This document shows positions 24,528-39,751 of a DNA stretch of 64,000 nucleotides, one piece after another. Numbering within the stretch: position 1 is the first letter of the stretch; each line of letters starts with the position of its first letter. The notes below the pieces were generated by a model. It saw only the letters and a program-made list of their open reading frames with translations. It ran no database searches and was not told where the DNA came from. Position numbers and translations under genes: made by a program. This stretch comes from Bugula neritina (Eukaryota > Animalia > Bryozoa). The stretch lies in the NCBI GenBank assembly GCA_964035545.1, contig OZ037766.1, forward strand, positions 30,990,773 through 31,054,772, written 5' to 3'.

Positions 24528-25570
24528 ATGAAGGTGTCTATTACCCTGTCTTTACTAGCAGTGATGCTAACAGTTTATCTTTCAGGTAAGATTTTTGTTG
24601 GATTTTTACATGATAAACATTTTTACCGACATAAATTGGTTTAAATTAAAAAAATGAGTTCAGCAAAAAAGCAATCATGAAGCTTGTTTGCTGTTTAAAA
24701 AAGCTGATAGGTATTTTGGTCTTATAAAAATATGTAAATGTAAATAATTACATCTGGTATACATTCATCTAATTATAATCATTCTAAATTATTATTCTTT
24801 TGTTAGTTGAGTTTAAAATATTATATATAAATCCTTTTGAAATTTTACTTACTAGATTATAGTCTTGCATCTAGATACTGCTATAATTTTATTGCAATAA
24901 AAGCTTTTCATGACAGAAATTTAGGTTGATAATATTAATAATGTATACATCATAACTTTATTGAAAAATTGATTAAAAAAACCAGTTTAAATATTAGTAT
25001 TTAAATATTATAAGATTGCATGCAAGATATTATAAGTGAAGCATGATATTGTCTTTCTAGAGGTTAAGGGGTTGGATTGCATAGTTTGCGATACTATAAG
25101 GTCCCCTAACAGTGACTGTGATAATGGTGAGACAAGCTTTGATAAAGTATACAAGACCTCTTGCCCAAGTGGTAACAAATGTGTAAAATCAACAAAATGG
25201 TACAAAGATGGACGAGATACTGAAATTACTAGGTAAACCTTTATATTTAATAAAAAATCGGATTTTGTTTCAACTTTAATAATTTCAACACGTTTTCAGT
25301 TGAAAAAAAACATGGCATTTTTTAAACTTTGCATGTACCATATTAAAGTGCATTATTCTGTGCAGATGCTTTTCTTTAAATTAAGATTTTTATGTTAGAG
25401 GGTGTGCAAAAGGATTCGATGTTGGATGTGCTGTTGTACAAAGCTATCTTGGATACAAACATGAGGAATGTGTCTGTGATGAGGATGAGTGTAATACAAG
25501 CAGCTCTCTTAGCATCTCCATGTTTGCCCTCATGACATCATCACTTTTTGCTGTCTGGAAACTTCTGTAA
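24528..25570 (+). CDS. GPI-anchored Ly6/three-finger protein B (recent duplicate of A)
   Basis: Exons 24528-24585, 25061-25232 and 25399-25570; 10 Cys plus GPI signal. Promoter, introns and 3' UTR are colinear with A in a ~1.78-kb duplication unit. Confidence 0.9.
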
Positions 25571-26558
25571 ACTCAGTTGTACTACTTTGATTACTATAGA
25601 CATTATACATAAGATTCATGTAAAAAGAAAATTTTGTTCATTTAGAACATAGATAATTACTATAAAATATTGTCTGTAAAAGAATATTGTGTCAAGAATT
25701 TTGCCATGACTGTCTTTTAGATGAGAAGTGAAAATTTTGGCATCAATAAGTCTTTTGCTGCTATATACAAATTTCTTTTTGCTAACAAAATAAAAATGTA
25801 CAAAATTCTTTATGTATAAAGTAATATAATTGATACTTTTTAGCATATTTTCAACAAATATTTTCACAACAAATTAATAATTTCTTTAAGAATTTGTCAA
25901 AACTCTATAGCTTGAAATGTGAAATAATTTCATTTCTAATAAGTTAATTATGAAAAGCAATGGCAGAAACATGCAAAACACATGCACATACTGCTTGTAT
26001 TGTGTTACAAAATGTATAATATATCCAATGAATATATAGAAGCACATTTTCTTAATTAATGGCTCAATTATCAGATACACTCTCTGATCATCCAGGAGTT
26101 TCTATTCAAATACAATTGTAAGATAGAAATGTATATCTCAAAATACAGCCGTTTTATATAAGCTAAAATTTTAGTTTCAAGAACCTAAAGTAACGCTTGA
26201 TGACTTAAAGTTTTACTAAGTCTGTAACTTCAGTTGTACATCTTAAAAACTAATTAAAATTTTATTTAAAATTTGATATCTGCAAGCTCTAGAAAGTCTC
26301 TTACATGGTTATATTTACAGAACTGTTAACACCTGCTAGAGTACACATACCACCACCATAGACATACTCACATATCCACTTTTCCGTACATTTGTAGTGC
26401 ATCGCAAAAACTAAACCCTAGCAGGCAGGTTTAAGGAATAATTTACAATAAGTAGCTCACTCCACTTTATGGCAGAGTCTATATTACTTATTGAATTATT
26501 TACAGCATAAGTTTGCGGTCAGTTTTATATTGGTTGCAGTCAGACCTTTATAAGTTAT

Positions 26559-26823
26559 TAACTGCAGAGTATAGACATATAACTACAGAGTATAGACATA
26601 TAACTACAGAGTATAGACATATAACTACAGAGTATAGACATATAACTACAGAGTATAGACATATATAACTACAGAGTATAGACATATATAACTACAGAGT
26701 ATATAGGCATATAACTACAGAGTATAGACATATAACTACAGAGTATAGACATATAACTACAGAGTATATAGGCATATAACTACAGAGTATAGACATATAA
26801 CTACAGAGTATAGACATATAACT
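26559..26823. repeat. 21-23-bp minisatellite (ATAACTACAGAGTATAGACAT)n abutting a SINE 3' end
   Basis: About 12 tandem units, directly visible. Confidence 0.95.
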
Positions 26824-27035
26824 CACGCAAGTTTATAGTCGCTATATATCCCTGAGAGAGCCCCTGATAGAAGGGTTTTAGTTATATCGGGTTGAGGACT
26901 TATTAAGATGAGGCACAGGAGCAATTATGACTGGATGCTCTTCCTAACATCACCAATGGCCTTTGTCGGGTTCGAACCCATGATTTCGTATTCACTATAT
27001 AAAGCGAACGCTCTAACCCCTAGACCACAACTGCT
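26820..27035 (-). mobile_element. tRNA-derived SINE
   Basis: Minus strand reads AGCAGTTGTGGTCTAGGGGTTAGAGC (A box)...GGGTTCGAACCC (B box), then a non-tRNA body ATTGGTGATGTTAGGAAGAGCATCCAGTCATAATTGCTCC. Homologous to 57911-58120. Confidence 0.85.
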
Positions 27036-27490
27036 CCCTAATTATAGACAGATAACTATATACAAGATATAAGCATATATAATTATAGAAAGTAAAGAAT
27101 TAACCTTATTTGACTATATATCTTGGCTTTCAGCTTTAATATACACTTTTCAGATGAGTATGCCAAGCATATTGGCTTTATGATCAAGTTTATGCAATAA
27201 AATTTCTTTCTTATGCGTAGGTTCAAAGTAAGTCATTCACCAGTTAATCACAGAGAAAACATAGAAAATCCTTTATAACTTTGGAGCTCATATACCTTAC
27301 TGCATCACAGTATGTAATAAGTTCTGTAATTTAAATAGAAAAACAGATTCCTAGACTCTTTAGTAACTTAATTTTATGCAGCTTAATTGATAAAACCTGA
27401 AATAAAGCTGTGAATTGTTGTCAATACAAACAAAAACTGTTAGTTTTGTATTAATAAGTAATTTATAAGGCTATATAGTGTGTGTGTGTG

Positions 27491-27594
<104 letters not shown>

Positions 27595-27993
27595 CTTATT
27601 TTTCTATTTGTACCATAATTATCAGTGCTATTGAAACTAGAATTAGCAATATCGACAGAGCAGAGCAGTTGACTGATACGCTGTTATCAACAGGTGCCAT
27701 CAGCTTCAAGTTTCAGCTGTTAAGATAATATTATATTTACTTTCACACTGAGTACGTTTGTCACTGGTTCAAAAAATAAACATGAAAATAAATAGTGTTG
27801 TGACCATTTCTATAGAAACATGTAAACAGCTACTCAGCTATGCAAAGTTTATAAAAGGTATTGGATATAAACAAAAGGATTATAACATTTAAGCTTATAA
27901 AAATATCAAATACAATTTTGCTGCTGCCATTAATAACTAGAAGATCAAAAAGTCAACATTTCAGGGCATCAACTGTATAACGATTCAGATAAA

Positions 27994-29100
27994 ATGAAGG
28001 TGCACACAGCGCTGTCTTTACTAGCAGTGATGCTAACAATTCATATTTCAGGTAAGATTGTTGACGGTTTGTTCACATGGTAAGCATATTATTTCTTTAT
28101 TTAAATTTGTTTATCAATAACAAAAGTTATTAGCACAAACAAACAGGCAGCCTTGGAGCTTTGAGTGCAACAGCCGAGCAGTGATTGAATATATTTTTTA
28201 AACAAAGATTTATGAGAACTCTAATTTAATGAGAAAAAGTATCCACAAACATCGTAGAGTCTGTAATATTTCATCTAGCATATGCTACCATGAAACTACT
28301 TTGAATTTTTGTATACTCTTGATTGATGTTAAATTTTTATAACCCTCAAAAAACCTTATTTAATAAATTGCAATCTTGCATCTTGACACCTCAAATTATT
28401 ACGTTATCAGCTTTTTCCAACTAATATTAAATTCAAGGTGATTGTTTATTAGGTAATAAAAACTGTGTTTACTCAACTGTATTTGTGAATCCCTTTAATT
28501 ATTATTAGCTTACATGTTGAGTAACTTTTAGAATTATAAAATGTAAAGGTGCAGTTGTTTTTTAGAAGTTAAAGGGTTGGACTGCGTAGTTTGCACAACT
28601 AACCCAAGTAACAGCGACTGTGATAATGGAGAACTCAGCTTTGATAAAAAGTATAAACAATCCTGTCCTAGTGGTTACAAATGCTCAAAAGCAACGACAT
28701 GGCTAGCAAATTCGCAAGACACTTATGTACAGAGGTAAATATCTATTTTTCTAAAGAAGTATAATTCTCTAACTAATATCAAAGCTCTTTGGTTTTGTGA
28801 GTGAGACTTTCAAGTACTATGCCATATACTAAGGAATGCTGAAATATTTTTTAACTTGTAATTAAACATTCCTATTTTTTGTACAAGATATTTTTATTAA
28901 CCTCGAATAACCTTCTATATTTCAGAGGATGTATTAAAGGGTACAATGATGGATGTACAGTTATAGAAAGTTATCTTGGATACAAACGTGAATTGTGCAT
29001 CTGCAATGAGGATGAGTGTAATGCAAGCAGCTCTCTCAGCATCTCCATGTTTGCCCTGATGACATCATCACTATTTCTTATTGTCTGGAAAGTTTTGTAA
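27994..29100 (+). CDS. GPI-anchored Ly6/three-finger protein C
   Basis: Exons 27994-28051, 28566-28734 (EVKGLDCVVCTTNPSNSDCDNGELSFDKKYKQSCPSGYKCSKATTWLANSQDTYVQR, missed by the ORF track) and 28926-29100. Confidence 0.9.
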
Positions 29101-30651
29101 ACTCAATTCTGTAGCTTCAAATATTGATAATTTCATAAGAATGCAAAAGGCAAATTATGTATTATTTTCTAAATTCTTTTCTGCGACAAAATATGGTGTC
29201 ATGCATCTCGCTATTACCATCTTTCAGATGAGAATATTGGCCACAGTAAAACTTATTATATTGCTATAAATTATAATTTATAATCAAAATTAAATTATAA
29301 CTTAACTATAATTAAAATTTTAGTTTGAAAATTATTAATATAAATGGTTGTTTATAATATTCCAAGAAAATATGTAAATTTAAGCTGTCAGTTATATATG
29401 TTTTTATAATGTTTGTCAAATTTCATAGATGGATTAACTGTATTTTATATAAATAAAAAATAATTACAAAAACTATTTCATGCACTGTGTTAAATCATAA
29501 TTTAGACTTTATTACATTATCTGTTTACCCATAATGCTTTGACACATATTTTCAGTAATATGAGCTGTTATAATATATCGTGAGCTGTAGAAATGTTTTC
29601 AGTTGATGTGAAATGGCAGTACTTCTTATTAGTAGTAGTTTATTTCTAACATGTCTATTATTTTAATTTGGCTACATATAAATTGATCTTAATACTTCAC
29701 AAAAAGGCTAACAATTCTTGATTGTAACTGCCTTATTATGGGTTATTCCCTCTTGTAGCTCTTTAAAGTGTAATTTTTCTGGAAATTTAATTATTCTGTC
29801 GCCTTATTGACTTGCCTAATGTATTCTGTAGTAGAGCTACTTTGATGAAATCATCTTCTAGATTCTAGAATATTTATTATATGTAGTCTGATAAGATGAG
29901 TCAGCCCCTACGTGTTTTCACTATGCTTGAAATAATATCTTCTTCATATTAATAAGCAGTCAATAAACTTTGTGACAGGATCCATAAATTTTGTAATTTT
30001 CTCTATAAATTTAGGCCAGGAGTTTACAGGTATACAGCATAATAATGTATAAGTATATCAAGATAGTCTACAAGCTTTATAGTGTTATCCTATAAATGAT
30101 CTATATGCATATATCGTTATAGCCGAGTGGTATACTACTAGCGCATATATCTAATTACTAAGTTACTAAGTTACTAAAAGGTGCAACCTTTGCCTATGGG
30201 AAAAGTATTTCATAGTATACCAGTCCAGTACATCTTCCCTTAATAACAGGAATGAGATTTTATCCACATGCAGACATGCACGAAAGCACTACTTGGGCAA
30301 CGTTACATAACAATTCAAACACTTATTACCTATTATAAATTAGCTTTTTTCCATTGAATAACTAGCTTTTTTCCATTGAATAACTAGCCTTTTTCTTATT
30401 GAATAACTAGCCTTATAGTCTAATCCTTTTATAGTTGGAATGCTTTATAGATTGTATTTATTTATTTATTTTTAGTCTGACACTTATGCGTGCAGTTCAC
30501 TGTACGAAACTATTTAGTCGTGTGAGATTTTTTTAAATAAAAAATATATATCTTTAACAATCTGAAAGCACTACATTATATTAGCTCTGTCACTTGTGAT
30601 ATCGAACACTTTACTTTGCTGGAACTCCAACTATAGATTGACAATCAGCAT

Positions 30652-32101
<1,450 letters not shown>

Positions 32102-32297
32102 TATATATATATATATAATTATATATATGTTATCAAGACTGACATCACCAACTTTCATATAGAAGTTTACTTTGTTATCACCAAGTGCCATCAGCCTCAA
32201 GTTACTCCTGTCATATATTGTTATCTTTAATTTTGTCATACGCATGGGTTTGTTCTAAGAAAAGTACAATATTTAAAAACTAATCGATGTTATCACT

Positions 32298-32320
32298 GTT
32301 TCTATGGAAACATGTAAACA
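32298..32320 (+). promoter_or_regulatory. RFX X-box + forkhead composite motif upstream of Ly6 gene D, conserved upstream of all six paralogs
   Basis: GTTTCTATGGAAAC-AT-GTAAACA ~150 bp upstream of the ATG. Equivalents at 37815-37837, 35295-35317, 27806-27828, 22539-22561 and 24314-24340. Confidence 0.55.
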
Positions 32321-32462
32321 GGTTTTCAATTGCGTAGAGGTAATAAAAGAAATTTTATAGAAGCAAACATCCTATGGATGAGAATATTATAAAATATCAA
32401 ATACATGTTGGCTGCTGCCATTAAGAGTCAACACTTCAGAGCATCAACCAACTCTGAAGAAA

Positions 32463-33686
32463 ATGAAGGTGTCTACTACCTTATCTTTGCTTATAACAGT
32501 GATGTTAACAGTTTATATTTCAGGTAAGATTGTTTGTGTATTCTTTTATTGCATAAACCTGTTTAGTTATATAAATGTGTTTCACTAATTAAATATAGCT
32601 CTCTTGACACAGTAACACTTTGAGTATAATAGAGAAACAGTTACAAAAGTTGTTTTTTGAAAAATAGTTTCCTTCACCTAAAGCCTAACCTCAGACTTCT
32701 AGCTAGCTAGCAAGCTGTACACATATCTAGCGTGCTAACTGTTACAATACAAAGACTACCTAGGAATCTTAACACTACAATTTTGTTGCTTTTTGAAAAA
32801 CTAATATGAATTGCATTTTAATTATTATACAACAGACATCTAAAATATTTTACAGTACCTGATAGCATTTGATACACTATTATACCTCTTTTCATTTATC
32901 CTAATTGGCGTCTATAGTTATTAAGGTAGCCATTTTAAAACTCCACTTCATAAAATGAAGTCTTTTATCTGAATTGGCTAATCGTCACATATTATACATT
33001 TTTTATAACAAAATCGTAAAGGAATACTCTGGTTTGTGTTGATAAAACGCCTTTATCACTCAAATTGAATTTCATAGCATATTACTATTTGTTTAAAATT
33101 TAGATGAAATCACGGATTATTGAAATTGTGGTAATCCAATTTTTTGCAGCGGTTAAAAGTTTGGATTGCATAAAATGCATTACTAATCTCAATAACCACG
33201 ACTGTGATAATGGTAAGACCAGCTTTGCGGATAAATATAAGTATTCTTGTCCTCGTGGCTCAAAGTGCTCAAAAGAGACAAAATGGTATTCAGATGGAAG
33301 AAGTACTTATGTCAGCAGGTTAATTTTTATCCTTACCAAAAATAGCAAATTATAGCAAGTATAATCAAATATTGTTTCAACTTTTCAACAGTTAAGATAT
33401 TTCAAGTGTCTAACACTTTTTAGTTTGAGGTTTAAAGAATTAAAGTATGAAATTTTTTTTAGCTTTATGCATCATAATAAAAATAAAATATAAATGCTTA
33501 TATTTCAGAGGATGCACTGTAGGATATGATGTCGGGTGTGTTGTTCAAAAAAGTTATCTTGGATACAAAGAGGAATTTTGTGTCTGCGATGAAAATGAGT
33601 GCAATGCAAGCAGCTCTCTCAGCATCTCCATGTTTGCCCTCATGACATCATCGTTTGTTCTTACAGCCTATAAGAAACTTCTGTAA
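32463..33686 (+). CDS. GPI-anchored Ly6/three-finger protein D
   Basis: Exons 32463-32523, 33150-33318 and 33509-33686; 10 Cys, CVCDENECN and GPI signal. Confidence 0.9.
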
Positions 33687-35450
33687 ACCAAGTTCTGTCA
33701 CTTTGGATATCAAAAGTTTCATAAAAATATCTAAAATAAATTTTATCTTCTAAGCTTTTTTAATCTCTAGGTAACACATTGTTGAATAGGATATGATGTC
33801 ATGTATCTTGTTATGACTGTCTTTTATGCAGATGCAAGAGTTTTGACATTAAAAATTATGTTTAAAATTTCTTATAAAACCTTTTATTGTTATATAGAAA
33901 TAACTTATTATTTGTCATTTTTTTCAATTAAAACTTACAAACTCATTTGTGTGAATTATTTATATAATTTTTTGAAAATAAAATTTTATTGTCAGTTTAC
34001 CATTACTCTGTGCCTTCATCTTGCAAATATAATTTAACGTCTGTGAGCTGAATAACGTATTATATTATACAATGTATTATAATAAAGCAATATATATGAA
34101 CTTCTATTACATAATCTATAGATTTAATAATATCTTTATGGCTCTATATAAGTGTTGTGTCTTCAATTTATTTATTGTACAATCTATATATATAAGCTGT
34201 TTAATAGGTTCTCTAAATTTAATAATACATTAATTATTTCAAGTTCAAACATTCTATATTTCACTATTTTTGGTGCATGCGCATTTTTCATTTTGCTAAT
34301 AGAAATAAGCTTATCAACTGTTTGATTTTTTAATTTACAAAAAATATGACTATAGCCATCTGCTAATCAATTATCAATCATTATTTTACATATGATAATT
34401 TATTCCTTTAAACTATATTATATTTCACTATTATATATATCAAGTGTTAAAACTTGCTATTTAAAAACGCCTGACTGTTTTCAAATTAATTAATTGTAAC
34501 TGTTAGGCTTATCTTATATTGCATTCTGTGTATACTGGCTTACAATAATTTTAAATGGTTTATTGAAAAAAATTCAATACTAATGAATGTTTATCTATTT
34601 ATAAGCAAGCTCTCTTTTATTAACTTTCACTATTTTTAGTATCTAGAGTGAGTGCTTTTTTTGTCAAAACTGCATCAATTTCTTTTTATAAAATACAAGA
34701 AAATATTCAAAGTGATATAAATAACATCTATATGCTGAAGCATATAATAATTGAATACTTTTATCGCTTAGAGTTCATTTTACAAAACATATTATAGTTA
34801 TGCAACGATGGTACCGTACAAAACCTTTTACTTAGTTCATATTTATCAACACGATATATTGGGAGTTGGACAAAAACTTTGTTTCAAAATGCTGTAAAAT
34901 GAAGTATATTTATAGTTTAATTTCAGAACAATGCAGAAGTGTTTCAGAAGATTTACTTGAAAGCATAAACATCACAAATAGAATATTTTTAATATGAGGT
35001 GTTTCACACTTTCCTTGACTTGTTGTACAATTGTTAAGTGCATGGCAAGTCAAGTTAAGGAAGCTATGTATAAAGTTAAAATAGAGTATTAGTATTTATA
35101 ATTCATTAAAACTGACATTGATGACTTTTCATATAGATTATAAAAGTTTATAATAATTATACTGTTATCACCAGGTGCCATCAGCTTCAAGTTTCCGCTG
35201 TTACATAATGTTATATTTAATCTTGTCACACTGATTATGCTTATCGCTGGTTCTAAGAAAAAGAAAAATATAAAAACTAAATGGTGTTGTGACCATTTCT
35301 ATGGAAACAAGTAAACAGTTTTGTAGAAACAAGCATGTTACGGTAGGTAAAAATATAAGAATAGCTAATATAGATTTAGTGCTGCCATTTAATAGGTAAT
35401 GGAAATTTGAATAGTCAGCATTCTAGAGCTTCATAACTAATTCCAGAGAT

Positions 35451-36507
35451 ATGAAGGCGTCTGCTACACTGTATTTACTAGCAGTTGTGTTAGCAGTCTA
35501 TATTTCAGGTACGATTGATTAATGCGTTCTCAGATATAAGTAAGCCTGTTTAATTACATAAAGGTGTTAGATCAAAGGAAAGCTACAGACTACTTTGTTA
35601 TTTTTTAACCAGCTAATATATGTGATTTTATAAAAATTAGAATGTTGTTATAGGAAATATTTTGCAATATGTAATGCAATTTAAAAAACTATTATTTATA
35701 TGTTTTCATATATCCTAATTATTGCCCAGATTATTCTTGTATAGCCATCTTAAAACTTCACCTTATAACGTGCAATTTTTTATCTGAATTTACTAATTAT
35801 TACATATTATAAACTTTCTTATAGTTAAAATTCAAGTGAGTGTTATGATTTGTGTGTGAAAAAAAATTTAGATTTTGAAATTGACTTTAATTCGTAGCGT
35901 ATTACCTGCTATTGGTTTGCATCTTGGATAAAATTATTATCAAAATTATTAAAATTGTGATAATACAATTTTTATAGAGGTTAAGAGCTTGAATTGCATA
36001 AGATGTGCCACTAACAATAAAAACCACGACTGTGATAATGGTAAGACCAGCTTTGCGGAGAGATACAAGTATTCTTGTCCTCGTAGATCAAAGTGCTCAA
36101 AACAGACAAGATGGTATGCAGATGGAAGAAGCACTGAAGTTAACAGGTTAATCTTTATCTTTATTAAAATACAGCATTTTAATTGCAATCAATTATTATT
36201 TTGATTCTGAACAGTTTATCTATCATAAGTGCTTCAAGTGTTTTTCTTATTTTGGATTTAAAAACCTAAAACAATAAAAACTACTCTTAACTTGATGCAG
36301 CAAAACAAAATGTAAACATATTCTTATATTTCAGAGGATGTACCGAGAATTATGATGTTGGGTGTGCTGTTCAAGTAAATTATCTTGGACACAAAGTGAA
36401 TTTTGTGTCTGTGATGAAAACGAGTGTAATACAAGCAGCTCTCTCAGCATCTCCATGTTTGCCCTGATGACATCATCACTCCTTCTCACAGTCTAAAACT
36501 TCTATGA
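35451..36507 (+). pseudogene. Ly6/three-finger gene E, frameshifted in exon 3
   Basis: Exons 35451-35508, 35978-36146 and 36335-~36507. CAC AAA GT- GAA TTT TGT (paralog D: TAC AAA GAG GAA TTT TGT) is a 1-nt deletion at ~36397 that removes the last three Cys. A second lesion GTC TAA replaces the Trp codon at 36494-36496. Confidence 0.75.
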
Positions 36508-37369
36508 ACTCATTTATGTCACTTTTTGATATTGAAAATTTTATAAATAATTTCAAAGAAGTTTTATCTTGCAACATCCTCTAATCTTTGTGGATGTTAC
36601 ATTGTTCAACACTTTATTGAAATAGGATATGGTGTCAAATTTTTTTCAGATGAAATGCGAGAATTGTAAAATTGATCTGTCAGTTTGAAAATATCTTATT
36701 TTTATATAAGCTTTAGCATTTGTTTATTCTGTCAATTAAAGCTTGCAAAATTATTTGAAATTGTATTATAATTTAATTTATTTTTTTTTAAAATAACAGT
36801 TCAATTTTGGCTGTAACATATAATATGTTTTTGAAAAGCCTGTCACAAGTCCATAGCATGGAAATGCATGGTGGATTTTTATTTTAATAAACATTAATTA
36901 TAAAAACTAATGATGAAAAGTTTTCTCTGGCAATTGAATTATCTATAATTTTTTCAATTTAACATTTAGTTCATGAAGTTAGATCAAATTTAGAGTTTAG
37001 CAAAAAGATTGCTTGAGTTTCACAGATCTGCATTTGCTACTACATCAAATGATATTATATTGTGTCAGCTGTTGTAATATTATATCAGCTGTTATAGTCT
37101 ATAACAATAAAAACAATTTGATAATTTACTTTTGAAATATTTTATTTCTTTGTCTATATAATTATACTCCACATGCTTAAAATGCAGTAAACTGATTGCG
37201 GAGGTATGCCTTTTCAAAAGGTGGATATTATTTTGTCACATTGCTTAGTCAACAGCGCCTCAGAGATGATAGTTTTATATTGGTTACCGTTTGTCTGATA
37301 TATTTATAAATAAATAAATATTATATAAATATATGCGTGCATTCGTGCGTGCGTAGGTGGTGTATGTGT

Positions 37370-37373
37370 GTAC

Positions 37374-37416
<43 letters not shown>

Positions 37417-37420
37417 TAAG

Positions 37421-37461
<41 letters not shown>

Positions 37462-37483
37462 GCTTGTGCGTTTGCGTGTGCGC
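37370..37483. repeat. (GT)n/(GCGT)n microsatellite
   Basis: Directly visible. Confidence 0.95.
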
Positions 37484-37995
37484 GGCATTTATATTGCAAG
37501 TGAATGGTAGTATTTCACGTATCTATATAATAAGTGGTCCATATTGTGTGCTTTTCATTTGACTAAATTGATTTTTTACTCATGTCAAATGAAGCACATC
37601 AAGATTTAAGAGGTTGTTTACTGTGTTGAATCATAGCTTATCAAAACTCTCCCTGACTTTCCATGTAAAAGTTTGATGACACACTGTTATCAACACGTGT
37701 CATCAGTTTCAATTTCTTGTTGTTGACATAATGTTTTGTTTACTTTTGTCACTTTGTCTATTACTGTTTCTAAGAAAATTATAGTATAAAAATTAAATGG
37801 TGTTGTCATGCACTGTTTCTATGGAAACATGTAAACAGGTTCTCAATTGTACAGAGGTAATAACAGCAGTTTTATAGAAACAAACATAATATTATGAAAG
37901 ATAAAAATATAAGAATAGCAAATACAGTTTTACTTCGGCCATTCACTGTTTATAGAAAGTGTAAAGTCAGCATTGCAGTGTTTCATGCAAGTACT

Positions 37996-39138
37996 ATGAT
38001 GTCAACTACCCTGTCTTTACTAGCAGTGATGCTAACATTTTACATTTCAGGTAAGATTTCTTGCTGTATATAATATTATATTCATTGAAATAAAATTGTT
38101 AAATCTCGGAGCGCTTATGCGTACTGTAACTGTCAGCACAAAAGTTTTTTTTACTTCTTTCTCAGAAAGTTGAGGTGGACATAATGCTCCATAAACATGC
38201 TTAGATACAAAAACTCTATAGTACAGAAAAGCATTTTTTACACAATAGAATGACTATAATTCTTTCAAAGGATTTTGTTTCCTTAATAAATGTCAGACTG
38301 CTTTAGCTTCCCTAAATATTCATTTCTTTATCTGCATGCAAGCGTTCACTGCAGCTATATAGGCACTGATAATTCCATTCTCGTTTTCAAAGAGATAAAG
38401 AAAAACTCTTAGTTATTATGCACGTGAAGAAAATTTTAGTAACTCTAAATAACCATACATCATAAAACCTTTTAATCATTATAATTTAAAAACTAATTCA
38501 AAAATTAAATAAAATAAACTTTGTAATAGCGTCAAATAATGTATATTTTGCTTTTTAGAAGTGCAAGGTTTGACTTGCATAAAATGTTATACCAGGCATT
38601 ATGACAACAATGAATGTGATAATGGTAAGACCAGCTTTCCAGAGAAATATAAGTATTCTTGTCCTGATAAATCAAGATGCTTCAAATCAACAAAATGGTA
38701 CACAAATAGAGGAAGTACTGAAGTTAATAGGTATACATGCGCTTCAACGCAAAAATTCTAATTTTATTCTCTTACTTTATTTTTTAGCAAATTTACCAGT
38801 TTGATTACACTTATGAACATATAAATATTTTATGCACCTTAGAAATTTTTTCAGCAACTGCTATAAAAAATTCTCAACAATCTAAAAGATTAAAGTATTA
38901 GGAATTATCTTAAAATTCAGACTTCATTAAAATAAAATTTGTAAATTCATTTCTGTCTTTTAGAGGATGCATTCAAGGATATGATGTTGGATGTGTTGTT
39001 AAAGACAATTTTCTAGGATACAAAGAGGAATTTTGTGTCTGCGATGAAGATGAGTGTAATACAAGCAGCTCTCTCGGCATCTCCATGTTTGCCCTCATGA
39101 CATCATCACTTCTTCTCACAGCCTGGAAACTTCTGTAA
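37996..39138 (+). CDS. GPI-anchored Ly6/three-finger protein F
   Basis: Exons 37996-38050 (MMSTTLSLLAVMLTFYIS), 38559-38730 and 38964-39138; 10 Cys plus GPI signal. Confidence 0.88.
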
Positions 39139-39751
39139 ACCAAGTTCTATCACTTTGGATATCAAAAATGAATTACAAACAGTAATTTTCAATTTTGTTA
39201 AATTTTATATTTTGCATTTTGAAATCTTTTCTGCAACAAGATAATATATTATGATTTCTTGCAAGGACTGTTTTTTAGGAAAAGAGTGAGCTTTGACATC
39301 AGAGGTTTGTTATTATTGCTAAAAGTAGATTTTGATGATTGCTGAATTTTAAATAAATTAAATGTTTTAAACACTGGCAATAGACAGTTGTAGTGTGGCA
39401 ACTATATAAAGACAGTCGCAGCGTTTTTCCCCGTACACCTGCAGGCTATCTGCAGGCCATCTGCAGGCCATGCACCTGCCAAGCTTCAGACTCAACTGCT
39501 TTACAAGTATTGCTGTCAAATCTGCTTGGCTTTAAAGTGATAAACTGTCAAAGCATTTCTTTACTATCTTAGAATAGAAGAAGTTAATCTATTACTTTTT
39601 AAGGAAAAAGTCAACCTTTATACATATTCAAAAAAATCAACTACCTTTGATATCAAGTTTAATAAGTTACAGTTCAATTTTAAAGTTAATTCTAGAATAT
39701 GTAATTGTAAATCTAGCAAGCTACTGGCCATCTGCTTATTAGCTAAAAATA

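Noticed and set aside
37284-37562. ORFs with HART/CVRA repeats
   Set aside because: Translations of a (GCGT)n microsatellite.
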